NCBI RefSeq assembly: GCF_009914755.1 | Contig: NC_060936.1 | DNA length: 64,000 bases | DNA from: the human T2T-CHM13v2.0 reference genome, Homo sapiens | Reading direction: 5' to 3' (one strand) | Shown here: positions 39,915 through 54,820 of the stretch, one piece after another | Position numbering within the stretch: position 1 is the stretch's first letter | How the letters are laid out: every line of letters begins with the position of its first letter | Notes under the pieces: model-generated | Told to the model about the DNA's origin: nothing | Database searches by the model: none | What the model saw: only the letters and a program-made list of their open reading frames with translations | Translations under genes and position numbers: made by a program

Positions 39915-40110
39915 TGGAGCAGAGTTCATATGGACACTTCTAGGTCTAGGTTCAAATCCCTGCTTCGCCACTTACTGGCTGTGTGACGTTGGCCAAATCC
40001 CTGAACCTCTCTGAGCCTCTATTTCCTCATCTGCCAAGTTTGTGATATTTCTGAGGGAATAAGAGGGGTGCTGATCAGAGAGTCCTGCACTTAGTAAACA
40101 CATGGTCAAC
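39915..40110 (+). mobile_element. MIR
   Basis: ggttcaaatccctgcttcgccacttactggctgtgtgac. Confidence 0.85.
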
Positions 40111-41359
40111 AATAGAGGAAAAGTGGCAGCAATGTGGTTAACACTGGAGCTCTCAAATTACGAGCTTGCCTCATTCCACGTGACATGCCTATGTGATTGC
40201 AATCTGTAAACCTGTGGGCTCGACACAACATCTTTTGGCCCACTACATATTTGTATATTTTTGACTTAATTTTCAAGGTTTGATTTTAGGAATTTTATTT
40301 GGAGTCAAGCATTATGGATTAACATTTAAAAAAATAAAAAGATTTAGCAAAAGTGGATTTACATCATTCATTGGTAACAATAAACAGAAACCCCAGACCC
40401 TCTCTCCATCATAATGGAGATTATCCACGATAATCGCTCACACGTTTATTTTCTCATGGAGGCTTTGCAAAAGTCTCCTGCATAGGTGCTGTTGTGTCTC
40501 CATTTTATAAGCAAGGATGCAGAGGCAGAGAGTTTGAAGAACTTGCCAAAGTCAGACATCAAGGTAGTGGCAGTCTGACTTTGGCCAAATCCCTGAGCCT
40601 CTCTGAGCCTCTACTTTCCTGTCTGCCAAGCGGAGATGACACCATTGAGAGAATGAAGGAGTAGTGCTGGCCAGAATCCACACTTCCACCACTGCCCTCT
40701 TCTCGGTAGCACACCTCCCTCCACCCCAACCAGGCTGGCTTCTGTCATTTACCCACCCGTCTGCCTTTCCTTCACATTTACCCCTGCCTCAAATACCCGA
40801 AATTCATGGGATAAAAGCTCACAGACTGTGTCTGATTTGGATGGTGACCTTGTAGATCACCTTGTCCGTCTTAACCTCCGGGACCCAGGTAGGGAGGGAG
40901 ATTTTGCTCAGGTCATTATCTGGCTCTTCCTGGAGTTCCGAGAGCATTTGCTCATCATCACTCAGCCAGTCGGGAGGTAAATGACCACAGAGCTGGTACT
41001 ACCGGAGTTCCAGCTCTTTCCCGTGTAGTCTTTTTGCCTCTCGGTGAGGAGGGTAATGACCTCTATTAGGAAGGCTTTACTCATCTTAGTACCATGCCCC
41101 AGCAATTGTCACCATCACAGGCAGGAGACACAGCCCATTCGTGTTAGTGGCAGAACAGCTCATTCATCGCAAATGACTAACAATTAAGAAGTCATTTGGA
41201 TAGAAGCCACTTGCATTTTTCACCACAAGGCTCATTCTCATGTTACTGCCAATCTATTCAGCTTTCTTCTCCCAGGCTGCAGCTGATTGCTCCGTAATTT
41301 CAATGTGAGCTCCAGTTCAAAGGGCACCATTTGTAACTAACATCTCGTATAGCAAAATG

Positions 41360-42467
<1,108 letters not shown>

Positions 42468-42494
42468 ACAAATGAACTTTTTCGGTCATTATAT

Positions 42495-43106
42495 ATATTT
42501 AAAATTTTAGCTTTTATTATATGTACAGGTTTGTTACATGGATAAATTGCTTGACACTGACGCCTTAGGTCCCAACAATCCCATCACCCAGGCAGTAAGC
42601 ATAGTTTCCGACTACAGGTGATTCTTTAGGCCATGGCCCCCTCCCTCCCTTCTTCCCTCCTGGTCTAGTGATCCTCAGTGTCTCTTGTTCCCAACTTTGT
42701 GTTCAAGTGTATTCAATGTTTAACTCCCACTTATAATTGAAAACATGTGATATCTGGTTTTCTGTTCTTGAGTTAGGTAACTTAGGATAATGGCCTCTAG
42801 CTCTATCCATGTTGCTGCAAAGAACATGATTTTGTTTTTTGTTGTGGCTTCATAGTATGCCGTGGTGTTCAGGTACCACATAGTCTTTATCCAATCCACT
42901 GTTGATAGACACTTAGGTTGATCCTATGTCAGCATTGCAATGAACATATGGGTTCGTGTGTCTTTGTGATAGAATACATTATTTTCCTTTGGATATATAC
43001 CCAGTAGTGGGATTGCTGGGTGGAATGGTAGTTCTATTTGGTAGAAATAGTAGTTCTTTGAGAGAACTACAAAGAACTACAAAGAAATGGTAGTTCTTTG
43101 AGAAAT
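42495..43106 (-). mobile_element. L1PA16/L1PB-like 3' end with rearranged 5' junction
   Basis: caggtttgttacatggataaattg, ccatcacccaggcagtaagcatag. Confidence 0.88.
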
Positions 43107-43933
43107 CTTTCTTGAAATCCTCGCATCGATGAGAAGGAAATGCTAGAACGTAATGATTATGTATTGTGTGTCTCCTATATCCCAACCCTGGGCAAGACAA
43201 GAGGTAATGGGCACTGGAAATAGATGAGTCACCTGCTCCTGACAATCCACCAGACTAGATGTGTCAGCAGTCACATAAAAAGGAATGCTTCCAGTCCAGC
43301 CTGGAAAAGCTGGAGAGCCACGGGGACCACATGCTGTGGGAACACCTAGGGCAGGGCTTGGGGAGGCAAGAAAGAAACTGAGTCATTCTGCCAGGCCTTG
43401 AGTAATGAGGTCTTGAGGGACACACAGGCATTTTCTAGCCTCGAAAGTCGAAGCACAACATTCCGGGCATGGCTGAGGACCTAAATAGCAGAGTTGATGT
43501 ATGTTTGGAGCCCCTCCATGAGTCTTGCTTAAACTACAGTTGTAGGTAAGTGTGGGGAGGCGAAGATATTGTGTGTTGTAAGGGAAAATGAGAAGGCTTT
43601 TTCTCAGAATCATTTTTCAGCTCTGAGGCTGATCCTTGGTGTAACCTGAGGGGTGTTCCCTTCTGTCTAACTCCCTCCTTTCCCATCATTTTGCTTCATT
43701 TATTTTCGCCTTCTGTGTTTAGTTTTTACACTATCTCTTTGCCTTCCACCTTTATTCCTCTAAGGGTGGGGCAATTGCATTTTGCATGACTGGATGAGGG
43801 CAGGGGAAGAAGATCAGCCCATCCCTGGGCAACCACATAGCACAGAAGCAAGGAGCCGTGTCTCTAGAGTCAGACACCAGTGAGTTGAATTTGGCTTAGC
43901 ACATTTTTAGCTCTGAGACCCTGGGCAAGTGGC

Positions 43934-44289
43934 TGTATTAGTCTGTTCTCACACTGCTAAGAAAGACATAGCTGAAACTGGGTATTTCATAAAGCAAAGA
44001 GGTTTAATTGACTCACAGTTCCACATGTCTGTGGAGGCCTCAATATCATGGCAGAAGGTGAATGAGGAGCAAAGTCACATCTTCCATGGCAGCAGGCAAG
44101 AGAGCTTGTGCCAAAGAATGCTCATTTATGAAACCATCAGGTCTCATGAGACTTATTCACTACTATGAGAACAGAATGGGGAAAACTGCCTCCATGATTC
44201 AATTATCTCCACCTGGCCCCGCCTTTGACAGGTGGCGATTTTTACAGTTCAAGGTGAGATTTGGGTAGGGACACAGCCAAACCATATCA
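43934..44289 (-). mobile_element. THE1B-like solo LTR inserted into a MIR (~43835-44430)
   Basis: Perfect TSD gtggc; MIR reads through (ctgggcaagtggc | tgaacctctctgtg). Confidence 0.93.
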
Positions 44290-44689
44290 GTGGCTGAACC
44301 TCTCTGTGCTCTGGTTTCCTCTTCTGTTGAATGGACACATTCCAGCACCTACCCCAAGGCTGAGGATCAAGTGAGGGGATGCACAGAGTGTGCTTAGAAG
44401 GAACCTGGCATTCTGCAAGCATCCAACACATGTGGCTATGACGAGTAGCTGTTGTCATTATTGTTATTCCTCGATATTCTTCCGTGTGCTTTCCCTTAAG
44501 GCCAGTTTTGTTGCACCGGCCTGTGATACCAGGGTGCAGAGGGCACCTGACATTGCTCAGGGAAAGCTAGCTGCCACACAGTAGTCAACCTCAAATATGT
44601 CCTTGATGGCAAATCTACCTGACCCAGATGCCCAACTATATCCAGCACCAACTGCAGAGTCATCTGATGCGGTGTTTGAGATACCCTTT

Positions 44690-45229
44690 ATGTTAGTGTC
44701 CTATTGCTTCTGTACCAAATTATCAGACTAAGAGGCTTAAAACATCACAAATTTATTATTTTACAGTTCTGGAGGTAAAAAATATAAAGCAGGTCATTGG
44801 GCTGCTTTCCTTCTGATGGCTCTAGGGGAGAATTCATTCTTTGTCTTTCCCAGTTTCTAGACGCCTCCTGTGAATGCAGGGTCATGGCCCCTTCCTTTCA
44901 TCTTCAGAGACAGCGTTGCAGCATCTTCAGATCTTCTCTCCTCTGAACTCTGCTCTCTTCTCTTCATGGCGGAGCCTCTTCCTCCAGCGGCATGTTGCCT
45001 TATCTCTATCACATCACAGAGTTCTCCACACTAATCCTGCTCCTTCCTCATATAAGGACTCTTGTGAATACGTTGGGCCTCCCCAGATCATCCAGGAAAA
45101 TCCCTTTATCTCAAAATTCTTAATTTAATCATATTTGCAAAGTCCCTTTTACCACGTAAAGTATTATAGTCAAGGGTTTTGGAGACTAACATGTGGACAT
45201 ATTTAGGGGCCGTTATCAGGCTTACCTCA
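44690..45229 (-). mobile_element. MLT1C/D-like LTR
   Basis: ggcttaaaacatcacaaatttattattttacagttctggagg; tgcaaagtcccttttaccacgtaa. Confidence 0.85.
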
Positions 45230-45635
45230 CCCTTCATCATAATTAAGGGTAAAATCTGCAGGGAAATTGCACTGTGGCTCTTCCATGTAATTATTGCTTC
45301 CTCCGTGTTGGAGACTTTTTGTGACATCCACGGTGTTTTCTAAAGGCGTGAACACGAAACCCCAGTGTAGACTCACGAAGCTTTGATGGACTCAGGGTAG
45401 TGATGGGACACCACTTTCAGGCAGTGGTACAGAGGAGAACAGTAGAAGCCTTGGAGGAGAGGAGGATGGGAAAAGAAGAAGGGCACCTGACCACTTTGCT
45501 TTTTTTTTTTTTTTTTGATCCATATGTCCACAGAGTGAACTTAACATTTTATTACAACTTTGGTGGAAGAGCAGGATATAATCTCTTTCAAATTTCCGTC
45601 TGAGCACTAACTGTGTAATGTTTTCAAGGTTCTTT

Positions 45636-46135
45636 TGATGGCTAGCTGTCTACACGATAACCATGTTCTACTTCTTTAATAACACCTGATTTTATGTGGG
45701 GCAGTTATGTTCTCAATTAAAAGTCACAGTTCCTAGCATCTCCTGTATGGCCTTGTAACTTAATCTTGGTGGATGTGTATGGGTTACTTTCTGGGTGGCT
45801 AAATAAAGGGAGTTGATTCAGTTTGAAAATTAACCCTTTTGTCTTTCCTTACTATCTTCTTTCTGCTTCTCTGAACTTGGATGAGAGAGCTGGTGCCCCA
45901 GCAGCCATATTGGACAATGAGGAACCTTGAAAATGTAGGCTCCAGGCTGGAAAGGTAACAGATAAAGGTAGAAGCACCCTGGGTTTTTTTCCTGATAATG
46001 GTGAAATTGTGATATCAGTCTGGATTTTTCACCTTCAGGCTTCTTTACATGAGAGTGGGATGGATTTCTATTTTACTTAAGCCACTGTTATTTTGGGGTT
46101 TTCTTACATATAAAACTATTTCAAATTCTAATTAA
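45636..46135 (+). mobile_element. MLT1J-like LTR
   Basis: gctggtgccccagcagccatattg; taagccactgttattttgggg. Confidence 0.65.
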
Positions 46136-46995
46136 TAAATGGTATACCTTGTTTTATGAACACACTTTTCAAATGTTGAATGAAAATTTAATTGTCTATC
46201 TTCTTCCATTGATCAATATAGCTGACATGTGGTCACTTCATTCCCCATTATTAAAAACTGAATATGCTTCAACTTTATCTTCTGTTTCTTTTCTTCTTAA
46301 CTTCTTCAGGGAACAAATGTATCTACTCACACTGAGTGAGTGAAGTTCATGACAAATTCCCTTATAAGTAAAAAAAAAAATCATGTTTTGCTAATATCCC
46401 TATAGTCATGGGTATGATAAACATCTTTAACACACACTGCCATTGGGAAGATTAAATGAGATACTACTGTATGTAAAGTTCTTAGCATGGTGCTTAGCAT
46501 GGAATGAGGGGTCCAAGCATTGCCAGGTATCCTAAATAATGATGCTATGTTTATGCAGCTTTTCACAGTTAGGTATGTTTCTTCAAGCTCTTTAAGCCAT
46601 TTAATTTCTAGAGGGTCAAGCAGGCAAGTGAAATTCCTAACTGTCACATATTACAAATCATATAGCACTCCAGCAACCTGATACCATTTTGGGTCATCCC
46701 ATTCCAAAGACCAAAATCTACTTTGGAATGAGATGACCCAAAAACGTATGATGTTAGCCACAAAGTTACCCTCAAAGCTACCATTTAATGTGTTTCGGCA
46801 CCTGTGCTGTGCCTTTGACATCTTTTTTCTCTTTAAATCCTCACGGCTTTCCATATTGAAGATATAATTATCCCCATTGTACAGCTGAGAAAGCTGAGGG
46901 TGATTTGCCCGAGGCAACACAGCAAGAAACTGGCAGAGACACGATGTGGATTTTCGTGTCTCTGCCATGCTAGTTTAGCAGCAGATCAGGATTGA

Positions 46996-47394
<399 letters not shown>

Positions 47395-49984
47395 ACCAGT
47401 TTTCTTTATAGAAAGGTGACTACATTTTTGCAAAAATAAACTTGATGTCCAAATAATGAAAATAGATTCTATTATAATATTTTTATTTAAAAATTGGCAT
47501 TAAAGTTTAACTTGTACATCTGCTTAATTTCCATAAAATGAAACATGACCCCATTTTAGGGAGATCCTTCACGGAGGAGCCTTGAGGAGGTCGGCTAAGT
47601 GACCCTTCATCCATGTGCATGGAGTTTAGCTGGCCTGTGGGTGAAAGTAACTATGCACTTCCAGTAAGATAGTGAAGTTTGAAGCCCTTTTCTCTCCGGA
47701 TCACTCTGGATAGTCAGAGGCCCAAGCCTTGCCTGGACTCTTCAAGAGTGATGACAATTCTCAGCATAGCGATTGAAAGGGTCAACTGCTGACATGTGGT
47801 TTGTGGCATCCCAATGTGTCATTTCATTTTATTTGCACCTGGAGACTTTGCCCCTGTGTGTTGACCCAGTGACACTTCATCCCACGATCTGAAAGCTTAA
47901 CTGAACACCTTTGAACTCAGGAAAAGGGGGAATACCTGTCGAATTTATAATGATAATGTTCCTTTTTGTTGTTATAGAGATCTATATTTACAAAGGGCCT
48001 TGTGCTCTTTCATTTTTGATGGTGAGGTCTGAATGTTGAAGGTACAAATCTTTGTCTTGACCTTTCAGCAGCATTAAACAGGGTTTGATTATCCCTTTAT
48101 TCTTCAAACCCCTTCTTCACTTGGCACCTGAATACCACTCTGTTTAGTATTGTCCTGCCTTGTTAATGCCACATCTCCATTCCTGTTTCTAGTTCTTCCT
48201 CTTTCAGCCTGAAGCCTGCTTTTCCTTCACTATTAATGGCTAATTCCTCTCTTCATTCAAGTCACAGCCCAGGTGTCATCTTCATAGGAAGGTCTTCCCA
48301 GCCATCTTTCTAATGTTCCCATGCTCTGGGGCAGGCTCCTTTGAAGGATGCATTTAGGGCCCAGAGGGGACCATCCATAGACTGACTCTGCATGGTGGAT
48401 AGCATCCACCCACAGGGGACAGAGGCTCACCCACAGGCTGTGAGTCTGCATTCTTGAGACTGCAAGTATCTCTGAGTTTCTTTATATCTGGTCTATTGAG
48501 AAATTTGAGGCTATGTGTATCAATTCAACATCCGTTTTGTTTGAATGCTTCCATAGTGTCTTCAATCATGATACAGTAAAACTTTATGTTAAATACTTTA
48601 CAAATGTAAAGTAAACCCACATAGCAAAAAAAGTGTTCATTTTTCTATGTTGGATGAGTGCTTGCAGATGACTGCCAGGGCTTTAAACCCACTTGAGTCA
48701 CTTAGGGTCAGTTTCATGGGTCATAAGCTGATGCAAAAGTTAGTACCTTATTCCCCAGGAACTATGAAGACATAAACACCTGATTGAAGATTTTTGAAAT
48801 TTTTTGTTGTTTTTTCAGTTTAGTTTTGTCTCATTCTATTTCAAAATAAATCTCACCTGCTATGTGAGCTATTGGATAAAAGTTCACATGACAATGACAA
48901 TATAACATCATATTCTGTGGGGTAAGAGGAACTGGTTTCATTTGTGTTATTTCAAAAGTTCTCTAAGACAAAAATTTGCATAAAAGTAGTTTTCTAGGGA
49001 AGTGGGGAAGTAACATAGGGAAGTCCATGGAAGTGTGTTAATGGTTAGGTTAACACCAGGCAGCTGGGCACTAATCTTGCTGCAGGCCTCACAGAGACTA
49101 TAGGATATACCTCAGAATTTTCTCTACAGTGGCAAAAAAGCTGTTATTTCAAATCATCTGCTGAGCTTAAAATAACATGGAAATGTGTGCAGTTTGCACT
49201 GGTGACAAAGACACTGGCCTATGATTACACAACAATACAAACCTAATAGTATGAGCAGTAGACTGCTAATCATACTGTAATCATAATTGAAGAGAATGCT
49301 GAATGAAAGTAAAAACTTATTTAATGAAAGTGAAAACTGTGACTCCTTCCCTTTTGTCAACTAAAGTCCACAGAACTAAATTCCATCCACAGATCCCAGA
49401 TTAAGGAACCCAGAAGAAAGAGGAGACAGACAAATGGCAGAAACACAGACAGGTGAACGCATATATTGTGCCAGGAGGTAGAAGCTAAGGAGGTCAAGCT
49501 AAGAGTGAAGATGAACTAACCAGGAAATAACCACAATTTTATAAATCCAGGAGGGACTCTCTGAGAAGATGTTATGTGGGCAAAGACCTGAATAAAAGGA
49601 AGAAGGGGCAGGAAAAACAGCAAGCACAAAATATTGGGATCAGGATAGAGGGTAAAAGTTAGGAGTAGGTAGAGCCTAAAAAATCAAGAAAATTGTACCC
49701 AATCTCAGAGTGGTTGTAAGACCCAAGTCATAGACAAGAGATCAATACTGAGAGAATATAAAATATAACAAGTAAACAAAGGTTTGAATTAAATGTCACC
49801 TCGGGGTCAAATGATTGCATGGCTCAGAATTGTAATCACCAGGTTTGGCTTCCAGTAAACTAGGATCCATAGATCATTTTGGATAGACTTTTTTAAACAG
49901 GGAAGGTGATCGTGAAGGTTGATTCTCCAGCTAGGACACACTGGGAGTGGCAGCTATTGTTTTGCTCATAAAACGTACATTCTC

Positions 49985-50308
49985 AGCCAGGTGCAGGGGC
50001 TCATGCCTGTAATCCCAGGACTTTGGGAGGTGGAGGCGGGCAGATCACATGAGGTCAGGAGTTTGGGACCAGCCTGGCCAACATGGTGAAACTCTGTCTC
50101 TACTAAAAATAGAAAAATTAGCTGGGTGTGGTGGTGCATGCCTGTAAAGTGCCAGCTACTCAGGAGGCTGAGGCAGGAGAATTGCTTGAGCCCAGGAGGT
50201 GGAGGTTGCAGTGAGCCAAGAATGTGCCCCTGCACTCCAGCCTGGGTGAAAGAGCAAGACTCCATCTAAAACAAAAAGAGAGAGAAAGAAAGAAAAGAAA
50301 AAGAAAAA
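49985..50308 (+). mobile_element. AluS, full length
   Basis: Alu body; TSD acgtacattctc/acatacattctc. Confidence 0.95.
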
Positions 50309-50329
50309 CACATACATTCTCCCTTTTGT

Positions 50330-50770
50330 CCACTCTAGACCAATTTTCCCTTGGAGAACCATCTCCCCTTGACTCCCAAACTGTGAGCTTTGGGTGGGGC
50401 CGATGCCTGGTCCGTCCAATCCACACATTCTATTTCTGCGGCCGCCAAAGTCACTTCACAAGTGGCCACCTAATCACAAATGCTTCAGTGAGAATTTTCC
50501 CAGGACTTGTCTTGAAACTACAGAGCTTTTAAATGCCATCCTGCCTCTACTAAAGAAGAGTGTTTTTGAGAAGGAAATCAACACAAGAGATGGTACAGTA
50601 GAGGGAAAAGATGGAGAGGAACAGTCTTCTGATGACTTGCTTTAGGTCCCTGGAGGTACCCCTGGACTTTTCCTGTATAAGATTCCATGGCTTCCTTTTC
50701 TTTTTTTTTTCACTTAAATATTACATTTTTAAAATGCAAATTTTTGTCATTTGGAACTAACAATGTCCTG
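50330..50770 (+). mobile_element. LTR16A-like ERVL LTR
   Basis: gagaaccatctcccc, ttgggtggggccgatgcc, cctggacttttc, tgtcatttggaactaacaatgtcctg. Confidence 0.5.
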
Positions 50771-51619
50771 CCTTGTTGAGGATTCAGGAAGATGAAAAAA
50801 CATGTTATTGAAATGAAGATAATAGACCAGAAGGGTCTATATCTATATTTAAGTCCCTACCGCAGAAGGGACTTAAAAGTTCTCAGAAAGCAACCCCTTT
50901 ATTTTTCCCATGAGAAAATCTGAGAGCCAAAAGTGACTTTCTTAAGGTCAAACAGGCAGTAGGAGGAGGCCTTCTGATTTCCAGGAAAGAGACAGCTCTG
51001 TCTTAAGACTTCATACGATGTGGCGCTGGCTGTTGCCAGCCTAGTCAGACAAGAAAACAGAAGGACTCACTGTGCATTAAAGACAGCCACCAGTGTGTCG
51101 TGGACTGGGAGAATAAATAGCAGAAAACATGTGCTGGAAACTAGGGTCAGCAGCTGCTGGTGTGTGTGTGTGTGAGAGAGAGATTTCCCCCATCTTCAAT
51201 CTGTCTGGTGTATTTATGACATTGAGGGGCCCTCCAAGTTTGACAGTCACCATCACTAAAGCTTCTTGAGCCCCTGAGGTCATAGGAAGGGAAGGCCAAT
51301 TCTACACACACAGTTATTGACGGAGCGGGGCAGCACGGAGCACCTAAAGCACTAATACCTTAGTGACTAGGGAGGCTGCTCTGCAGAGGGGAGAACGGGA
51401 CAGATACGGTCACTGAGGCTAAATTCTAATGACCTCCATTATTCTTCTCTTTTAAAAAATATTTAAATATTTATTTTTATTTGTTAAACTCTTTACCTCT
51501 AAGAACAATATTCTGTTCTGTTATTAAAACGTTCTCATGAATACCAGCTATCTTAGCATCATGACTCAATAATGGATTACGATCTATAGTTGGAAAAAAA
51601 GATCTGCTTTACAAGAATT

Positions 51620-52100
51620 TGGCATTTAAGTGAAGTCCTGCAGGTGAGGAGATGAAGAGTGTAGGGCAAACAGCACTCAAGGCTGTGGGGTCCGTGTCGG
51701 TGTGGGTCTATAATGGGAAAAAGCCTGTTGTGTTTCAGGACCTAGAGAAAGGCCAGTGGGGCTCATATGCATTGAATGTTTGGGAAATTTTTACAAAATA
51801 AGATTAGGGATGTACACAGATGGCCAATCATGTGGGGCTTCCCAGGACCATAGAGAGAGTTTAGATTTTCTTCCAACAACAGTGGGAAGTCACTGGAGGG
51901 TTTTTAACAGGTGAGTGACATTATCTCACTTTTGTACATTAAAAAAATATCAAACTGGAAGTCTGGGTGCTGTGTGGGGAGTGGGAGGAGGGATTGCAAG
52001 ACTGGACGGAGAGAGGCTACTTTGCAGGCTGCCATCAGATTCAGGTGAGGGTGCTGGTGGCTGGGAACAGGTGGTGACAGAGGAAGTGCTAAGGTCATGT
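51620..52100 (-). mobile_element. L2 fragment
   Basis: gggaagtcactggagggtttttaacagg...tgacattatc. Confidence 0.7.
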
Positions 52101-52299
52101 TGAAGGGCAGCCCACAGCCCCTGAGTTGGTTTTTCTGTGTGGCCTGAATTGACCTGAGTGAAGTATTAGGGAATTCTGGGTGCCAAAGGCTTGGTGGTCA
52201 GTTGCATTTATTGTTAGTTACGATTCCTTTGAAAGATGCTTTTAGCCAACAGGAAATGTAGCCCTTAGAACGTTTCCAGGAATAAATCATTTTCTATAA

Positions 52300-52830
52300 A
52301 CTATAAACAGGAGCACCACTGCTGAAGATAGACTTGGCATCCTGTCGTGACGTGCTGCTCTCAATGCGGAGATGAATAACGCCTGTTTGCTAGCAGGCAG
52401 GATGTTGACTCAGCTGCCAAGTGGTTTTGAGGTTGATCTGCTTTATTAATGGAAACCGGTGCTTCTCTGGGCCTAACTAGCTCCATGGCGCCCCTGCTGG
52501 GCTGCTTCAGAGGGTTGTGTCCACGTGTCCTCTGTTGCCCTCTCACATTCTGCAGCGTAAGGTACGGGTTTCACTGTGGAGTTTGTGTTTCTGTTTTTGT
52601 TTTCATGGCATCACCAGCAGGAGAAACTTGTGTTTGTTTCTGCTCTATTGTGGAGAGAAGATGGGAAACGGGCAAGCAGTCCCCTCCATGGAAATGGATG
52701 TCAGGTCAGCCTACTCCTTGGGATGCTGTGCGGAGCTTTTTGAACCTTTCAGGGACACTGAGTCACCCTGTGACATCACCTAAAGGACCCAGGGGAAGCA
52801 CAGATATGACAGGAGGGCTTGGCGACTGAC
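52300..52830. promoter_or_regulatory. Possible enhancer-like unique segment
   Basis: No repeat recognised; TGACGT 52348, TGACTCAGC 52406, TGAGTCA 52759, TGACATCA 52771; motif content only. Confidence 0.25.
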
Positions 52831-52956
52831 CTGGGAGACAACTCTACCTCTCATCCCTTTACTGACTTGCTGTATGGGGTTAGCTCCCTGCTAAGCCTCT
52901 CCATTTTAGTTACCTCTGTTGAAAGGCCAGGTTCAACTAATTTTGGCCTTAGTGAC

Positions 52957-53333
52957 TGATATGGTTTGGCTGCGTCCCCACCCAAATCTCATCTTGAATT
53001 GTAGTTCCCATAATTTCCACGTGTTGTGGGAGGGACCCAGTGGGAGGTAATTGAATCATGGGGGCGGTTACCTCCATGTTGCTGTTCGCGTGATAGTGAG
53101 TGAGTTCTCATGAGATCTGACGGTTTTATAAGGGGCTTTCCCCCCTATTTTGCTCCGCACTTCTCTTTTCTGCCGTCATGTGAAGGACGTGTTTGCTTTC
53201 CCTTCCACCATGATTGTAAGTTTCCTGAGGCCTCCCCAGCCATGCAGAACTGTGAGTCCATTAAACCTCTTTCCTTTATAAGTTACCCAGTTTTGGACCA
53301 CTCCTTTATAGCAGCATGAGAATGGACTAATCA
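52957..53333 (+). mobile_element. THE1C-like solo LTR
   Basis: tgatatggtttggctg start; gagaatggactaat end. Confidence 0.93.
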
Positions 53334-54069
53334 ATGAATATTCAGCTCTTTCAAATATAAGCAGTGTTCTATTAGCTCTTGATTTAGAACATCCAGTGTG
53401 CGAGGAGAAAAATAAAAGATTGAACCATCTTGAAAGCATGTGTAAACACAGGGAGAGGCAGGGAATTGTAGCAACATTTAATCTACCATGAGAATCTATT
53501 GTTAGCTTTTCTTACACCCCTCAATAAGCTTATACACAGGGTTTTATTGACCAGAGTATGTTACTAAATTGCTGAAATATAACTTATTTAACCAATTATT
53601 TTTGTGAGCTAAAAAACTTTCTCAATTTTTGATATTAATCAGAGTTTCAATAAATCTTTTCATATGTCTTTGTCCACCTGTCTTATTTCCCTGGATTACT
53701 TATTAACATTGAATGATTAGTTTAATTTTTGTAAATAATTTTAGAGACTTGCCATACATTGACAAAATATTTTTGCTGGAAATTTGAGCCAATTTATGTT
53801 CTCACTGGTGGTGTAGAAAATGCTTATACATACTGAAAGTGGGTAGTACCAATTTATTTATTTTAATACTTGCTAATTTGGCAAGTAAAATATTATCTTG
53901 TTTTTATTTATATTTCTTTATCACTTGTAAGGTAGAATTTTTGTTCTTATTGATTCCTGATGTTTATTCTTTTGAAAAATAGGACATACATAGTTGAAAC
54001 ATTTTGAAATTTTTAGCAACAGTAGGTGCATTAAGGCTACGTAACTAACAATTCTCCAATCTTTTCCTC

Positions 54070-54402
54070 AATAATTCATTCAAGAAATATTTTTTGAAAA
54101 CCTATTTATACCGGGCATGACTTTAGGAACTGGGAATTTTACAAGGACCAAAACAACAACATCTCCGTCTTCATGGGACTTAGATTCTTTAGAGGCAGCC
54201 ACAAAATAAAATACATACGTAATGTAAGTAGTATGTTAGATCATGAAAAGTGCTAAAAAGAAAAAATAACATGAAGCCAGGAATGGATAGCATATAAATG
54301 GGTAAGATAAATGTTTGTAATTTAGAGAGAGTCCAAGGAAATTCTCTCTGGAAAGGTGGCATTTGAGTGAAGATGGAAGGAAGTGGGTGGATGAGCCCTG
54401 TG
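54070..54402 (-). mobile_element. L2 3' fragment
   Basis: ttcattcaagaaatattttttg..., ggtggcatttgag. Confidence 0.7.
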
Positions 54403-54404
54403 GA

Positions 54405-54515
54405 ATATATATATATATATATATATCTTTCCACCTCCTCATATATATATAAATACATATGTACATACACATATATATACATATATATATATACACACAC
54501 ATATATATAGATAGA
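54405..54515. repeat. (TA)n/(CA)n low-complexity tract
   Basis: Direct reading. Confidence 0.9.
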
Positions 54516-54519
54516 TTGA

Positions 54520-54820
54520 TTTTTTTTTTTTTTTTTTTTTGAGACAGGGTCTCACCCTGTCACCCAAGCTGGAATGCAGTGGCGCGATCTCAGCTCACCG
54601 CAGCCTCCGCCTCCTAGACTCAAGCAATTCTTTTGCATCAGCCTCCGAGTAGCTGGAATTATAGCACACACATGCCACTGCCACCCGGCTAATTTTTGTA
54701 TTTTTTGTAGAGACATGGTTTCGCTACGTTGGCCAGGCTTGTCTTGAACTCCTGACCTCAAATGATCCACCCACCTTCCCAAAGTGCTGGCATTACAGGC
54801 GTGAGCCACCGTGCCCAGCT
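54520..54820 (-). mobile_element. AluJb-like
   Basis: gagacagggtctc, cgcagcctcc; T21 tail. Confidence 0.92.

Noticed and set aside
52487-52502. CTCF-like motif (ccagcaggggcgcc on - strand)
   Set aside because: One G short of the core spacing CCAGCAGGGGGCGC, so it aligns poorly
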